This document shows, piece after piece, positions 57,992-64,000 of a stretch of DNA of 64,000 nucleotides (its first letter is position 1; the number at the start of each line of letters is the position of its first letter). The notes beneath the pieces are model-generated. The model saw nothing but the letters and a program-made list of their open reading frames with translations, was not told where the DNA came from and ran no database searches. The stretch lies in NCBI RefSeq assembly GCF_009914755.1, contig NC_060925.1; one strand, given 5' to 3'. This stretch comes from the human T2T-CHM13v2.0 reference genome, Homo sapiens. Both the position numbers and the translations under genes were made by a program.

Positions 57992-58693
57992 TCTGCAGTA
58001 GTTCTGTGGTGAAGAGACTTGTTTCATCTCCGGAAATGCAAAACCATTTATAGCATGAAGCCCTACATGATCACTGCAGGATGATCCTCCTCCCATCCTT
58101 TCCCTTTTTAGGTCCCTGTCTTATACAACCAGAGAAGTGGGTGTTGGCCAGGCACATCCCATCTCAGGCAGCAAGACAATCTTTCACTCACTGACGGCAG
58201 CAGCCATGTCTCTCAAAGTGGTGAAACTAATATCTGAGCATCTTTTAGACAAGAGAGGCAAAGACAAACTGGATTTAATGGCCCAACATCAAAGGGTGAA
58301 CCCAGGATATGAATTTTTGCATCTTCCCATTGTCGAATTAGTCTCCAGCCTCTAAATAATGCCCAGTCTTCTCCCCAAAGTCAAGCAAGAGACTAGTTGA
58401 AGGGAGTTCTGGGGCCAGGCTCACTGGACCATTGTCACAACCCTCTGTTTCTCTTTGACTAAGTGCCCTGGCTACAGGAATTACACAGTTCTCTTTCTCC
58501 AAAGGGCAAGATCTCATTTCAATTTCTTTATTAGAGGGCCTTATTGATGTGTTCTAAGTCTTTCCAGAAAAAAACTATCCAGTGATTTATATCCTGATTT
58601 CAACCAGTCACTTAGCTGATAATCACAGTAAGAAGACTTCTGGTATTATCTCTCTATCAGATAAGATTTTGTTAATGTACTATTTTACTCTTC

Positions 58694-58703
58694 AATAAAT
58701 AAA
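58694..58703 (+). terminator. CD53: CD53 polyadenylation signal (overlapping AATAAA x2)
   Basis: caATAAATAAAac about 700 nt after the stop codon. Confidence 0.85.
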
Positions 58704-58794
58704 ACAGTTTATTATCTCAATCACAACATTCCTATATATCAAACACTCCTTCCATGACCCAGCCTGATTACCCTGATTAATGCACCAAACCAGG

Positions 58795-59522
<728 letters not shown>

Positions 59523-59944
59523 TGAGTTGAATTGTTCAGCTCACACTCAAAAAAAAAAAAAAACAAAAAAAAAAGGAGATTATAGACAAGGGTATAAATC
59601 TGTAGCACATAGAGATCACTGGAGGTCATCTAAGAGGTTGCCAACCCCACCATATTTGTTTGGTCAAAAAAAGAAGCTAAATTGAATTGTCTATAAGCTA
59701 AATTTAATTATCTACGTATAACCACACTTTGTAAGGCAGAAAATAAGACCATATCTAATAGGGAGCCAAATGTAGAGAAGTCAGAGAAAGGAATAGAGAA
59801 AAACTGGTTTCTGTTCCTGAAGTTTTATGTATCATCTCCCCTCTCCTTTTAAAAAAATTAGTATTTCAGTGGTAGTCTGTAGAAAAACCTACAACTTTTG
59901 CATTTTCCTGAGACAAAGAAGTAGCAGAGGAGACATTCTCTCTC

Positions 59945-60572
<628 letters not shown>

Positions 60573-60599
60573 GAGACATTCTCTTGAGTATCACAAGTT

Positions 60600-61095
60600 T
60601 CAAAAGTATCTCACATTAAACATGCACAAAATGAAACTTATCATTCTATCTTCCAAATCTGCTTCTCTTCTTTGTTCCCCATATGAGTGAGTGATAACAT
60701 CACCCACCTAGTTTTCCTAGCCAGAAGCCTAGGCTTTGTCTTTAACTCTAGCCTGTCCTTTACTCCCAAAAACAAGTCACAGTCAGTCATGAAGCTCTGA
60801 GGATTCACCCACCAAGTATCACCAAATTCATTAATTCTCCCTATTTCATTAACTTGCCTGTATTCCTTCAATAGTCTACTATCTGCTCTTCTAGTATTCA
60901 CCATTGGCCCTTATCTACACCATTCTGCATATAGCAGCCAAAGTAATATTTCTAAAACATAAATGTAATAATGACACTTTTATGCTTGAAACTCTTCAAT
61001 GACTCTGTTCTTAGGATAAAGTCTAGATTTTTTATTTATTATAGCTGTCAAGCCCTACATGAGATGGCTCACTCTTAGCTCTCCAGCCTTCCTCT
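60600..61095 (+). mobile_element. L2 fragment
   Basis: aaacatgcacaaaatgaaactt..., gccagaagcctaggc, gcagccaaagtaatatttctaaaacataaat, aaactcttcaatgactc..taggataaagtc. Confidence 0.7.
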
Positions 61096-61524
61096 TGCCA
61101 TTCTCATTTTGTTTTACTCACCAAAATAATACAGCACATAGTGCATCTTAAAAGAAGCATGCTTAGATTTACCTTTTAAATGGGTATATGTAAACCTTTC
61201 ATAATAAGGCTTTGTGGAACAAAGGCAAGAAACATCCCTTAACAGCATGCTAACACTTGCTTACAGTGATCAAATCGAACTAAATCAATCACTAAAAAAA
61301 AAAAAAAAAAAAAAAAAAGAAATACAGACAGAAAGGAAGAAAGAAGAAAGAAAGAATTCTAAAGAATAAATTTCAGGCATTAAAAACAGTGATCTCGGAA
61401 CGTCTGAAATACAAGAAGGATCAAAGAGAAGATGTAAATATGTGGAAAATATAAATGACCACTGATTTCATAAAAGTTATAACAATGTGTTCCTTGAATT
61501 ATAAACAAAAGATAGAAGGTATAG

Positions 61525-64000
61525 CGAGATGGTGGAATAGAATACCAGTTTCCCCTCCCCATCCAAGGACACCAATTTAACAACTATCTAACACAAAAAA
61601 CCACCTTCGTATGAACCAAAAATTAGGTGAGTCCTCATAGGACCTGCTGTTAAGTTGGTATCACTGAAAGTCATGCTGGAGAGGTGAGTAAAACAGTTTT
61701 GAATCTCTAATGCCACCCCTGGCAGCAGCAGCATGATGCGGAGAGTGTCTCTGGGTGCCGGGGGAGGGAGAACACAGCAATTGTGTGGCACTGAACTCAG
61801 TACCATCCCGTTAGAGCAGAAAGGAAACTGGACCAAACTCTGCTGGTGCCTGCCCATGGAGGGAGCATTTAAATCAGCCCTAACCAGAGGGAAATCGCCA
61901 ATTCCAATTGTCAAAACTTGAATTCCTGCAAACCTCATCACCAACAGCTACAGTGCTATGTGTTTCTAAGTAAACTTGGAAGGCAGTCTAGGCCATAAGG
62001 ATTGCAAATCTTAGGTAAGTCCTAGCATTGAACCAGGCCCAGAGACAGTGGACTGGGAGGGGCATGTGACCTACTAAGACACCAGCTGGGGTAGCTAAGA
62101 GAGTGCTGGCATCACCCTTCCCCTAACCCCAGGCTGCACAGCTCACAGCTTCGAAAGAGACACCTTCCTTCTGCTTAAGGAGAGGGGAGGGAAGAGAGAG
62201 GAGGACTTGTTTTGCATCTTGGATACCAGGTCAGCCACAGCAGATAGGACACCGGTCAGAGTTGTAAGGTCCCTGTTTCAGGCCCTAGCTCTTGGATAGC
62301 ATTTCTAGACAACCTCTGGGCCAGAAGGGAATCCATTGCCTTGAAGGGAAGAACCCAGTCCTGGCAACATTCATCACCTGCTAAGTGAAAAGCCCCTAGG
62401 CTCTGAATAACCAGCAGTGAAACCAAGTTACTATGTCCAGGGCTTTGGGTGACCCTCTGAGACTTGCTTGTTTCAGATGAGATTCAGCACATGGCTAGCT
62501 GTGGTGGCTATTGGCTGAAACTCCTTCTACTTGAGAAAAGCGGAGGGAAAAGTAAAGGAGACTTTGTCTTGCACCTTAAGTACCAGCATGGGCACAGGGG
62601 AATAGAGCACCAAGTAGGCTCCTGAGGTCCCTGATTCCAGGACTCAACTCTTGAACGGCATCTCTGGACCTGCCCTGGGCCAGAAGGGAGCCCACTGCCC
62701 TGAAGGGTGAGTCCCAAGACAGGCAGCATTCACCACAAGCTGACTTATGAGTACTTGGACCTTAAAGGAACATTAGCAGTAGTCTGGCAGTACTCCCTAT
62801 GGCTTGTGGTGGTAGTGGCTACAGGGTGAGGCTCCTCTCCTTTGGAAAGGGGAGGGAAGAGTGGGGAAAACTGAGTCTTATGGTTTGAATGCCAGCTCAG
62901 CCACAGTACAATAGAATATCAGCTAGAGTTCTAAGGTTTTCCACTCTAGTCCCTGACTCCCAGACAGCACCTCTGGAACCACCCAGGGTCTAGAGGGACT
63001 TGGCACTCTGAAGAGAAGGACGCAGGCCTGGTTGGCTTTGCCATCTGTGATTGTAGAGCCCCAGGGCATTAAGTGAACATAGGCAGTAGTCAGGGAGTGG
63101 TTACAGCAGGCCTTGGGCAAGACTCAGTGCTGTGCTGGCTTGAGGTATGACCCAGCACAGTCATAGTGGTGGTCATAGAGTGACACAGGCGTGCTTGTGT
63201 CACTCCATCCCCAGGTTTAGATGGCTCAGAACAGAAAGAGAGAGAGAATCCCTTAGTTTAGGAGAAAGTGAGGGAAGAGAACAAGATTCTCTGCCTGGTA
63301 ATCCAGGGAATTCTCCCCAATTTTATCCAAGACCATCAAAGTAGTACTTCTATGAGTCCATAAGAACCACAGTATTACTGAGCTCGAGGTGCCCCTAAAG
63401 CAGATACAGCTTAGATTACAACACTCAAGTCCTTTTGAATATCTGAAAAGCCTTCCCAAAAAGGACAAGTACAAACAAGCCCAGACAGTGAAGACAACAA
63501 TAAATACCTAACTCTTCTATGCTCGGACACTAAAGGACATCTATTAGAATCAACACCATCCAGGAAAACATGACCTCACCAAAAAAACTAAAGAAGGCAG
63601 CAGGGGCCAATCCTGGGGAAACAGAGATATGCAAGCTTTCAGACAGAATTCAAAATAACTGTTTTCAGGAAACACAAATTCAGGGTAACACAGAGAAGGA
63701 ATTAGGAATTCTATCAGATAAATTTAATGAAGAGATTAAAATAATTAAAAAGAATCAAATTCTGGAGCTGAAAAATGCAATTGGCATATTAAAGAATGCT
63801 TCAGAATCTTTTAGTAGCAGAACTGATCAGGAAGAAGAAAGAATTAGTGAGCTTGAAGACAGGCTATTTGAAAATACAGTCAGAGGAGATTTAAAAAAAG
63901 AATAAAAAACAAGGAAGCATGTCTGCAGGATCTAGAAAATAACCTCAGAAGGGCAAATTTAAGAGTTATTGGCCTTAAAGAGGAGGTAGAGAAAGAGATA
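61525..64000 (+). mobile_element. 5' end of an old L1MA/L1PB-type element (5' UTR + disrupted ORF1), running off the window
   Basis: 5' UTR motifs (caaggacaccaatttaacaactatc..caaaaaa). ORF 63570-63905 is an ORF1-like coiled coil (EIIKKNQILELKN.I..LKNASES..SR.DQ.EERISELEDRLFEN). Confidence 0.88.

Overview
Human (primate) genomic DNA. From the sequence I recognise it as the CD53 locus (1p13.3, assigned from recalled knowledge). It holds the complete + strand tetraspanin gene CD53: two candidate non-coding 5' exons, seven coding exons joining to a 219-aa protein, and a 3' UTR with AATAAA. Upstream lie a solitary olfactory receptor pseudogene (OR11I1P-like; one in-frame stop plus loss of the TM3 cysteine) and a processed NRBF2 pseudogene on the - strand. 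The rest is mostly L1, Alu, L2/MIR, MLT1 and DNA-transposon relics. No prokaryotic system, CRISPR array, rRNA or tRNA is present. The most unusual structure is a TSD-flanked, near-full-length old L1PA (22831-28480). Its first ~157 nt resemble exon 1 (5' UTR ending in ATG) of ZNF91/ZNF141-type KRAB zinc-finger genes, joined at the exon-ending ATG to L1 5' UTR sequence. This is a candidate spliced 5'-transduction/exon capture. Other observations: an Alu and the NRBF2 retrocopy inside one TSD, a twin-primed L1, an isoform-specific CD53 uORF whose stop codon is the splice acceptor, all-phase-0 CD53 exons bracketed by inverted Alus, and an orphan L1 fragment inside a TA microsatellite. Repeat subfamily names come from recalled consensus motifs, not from a RepeatMasker run.
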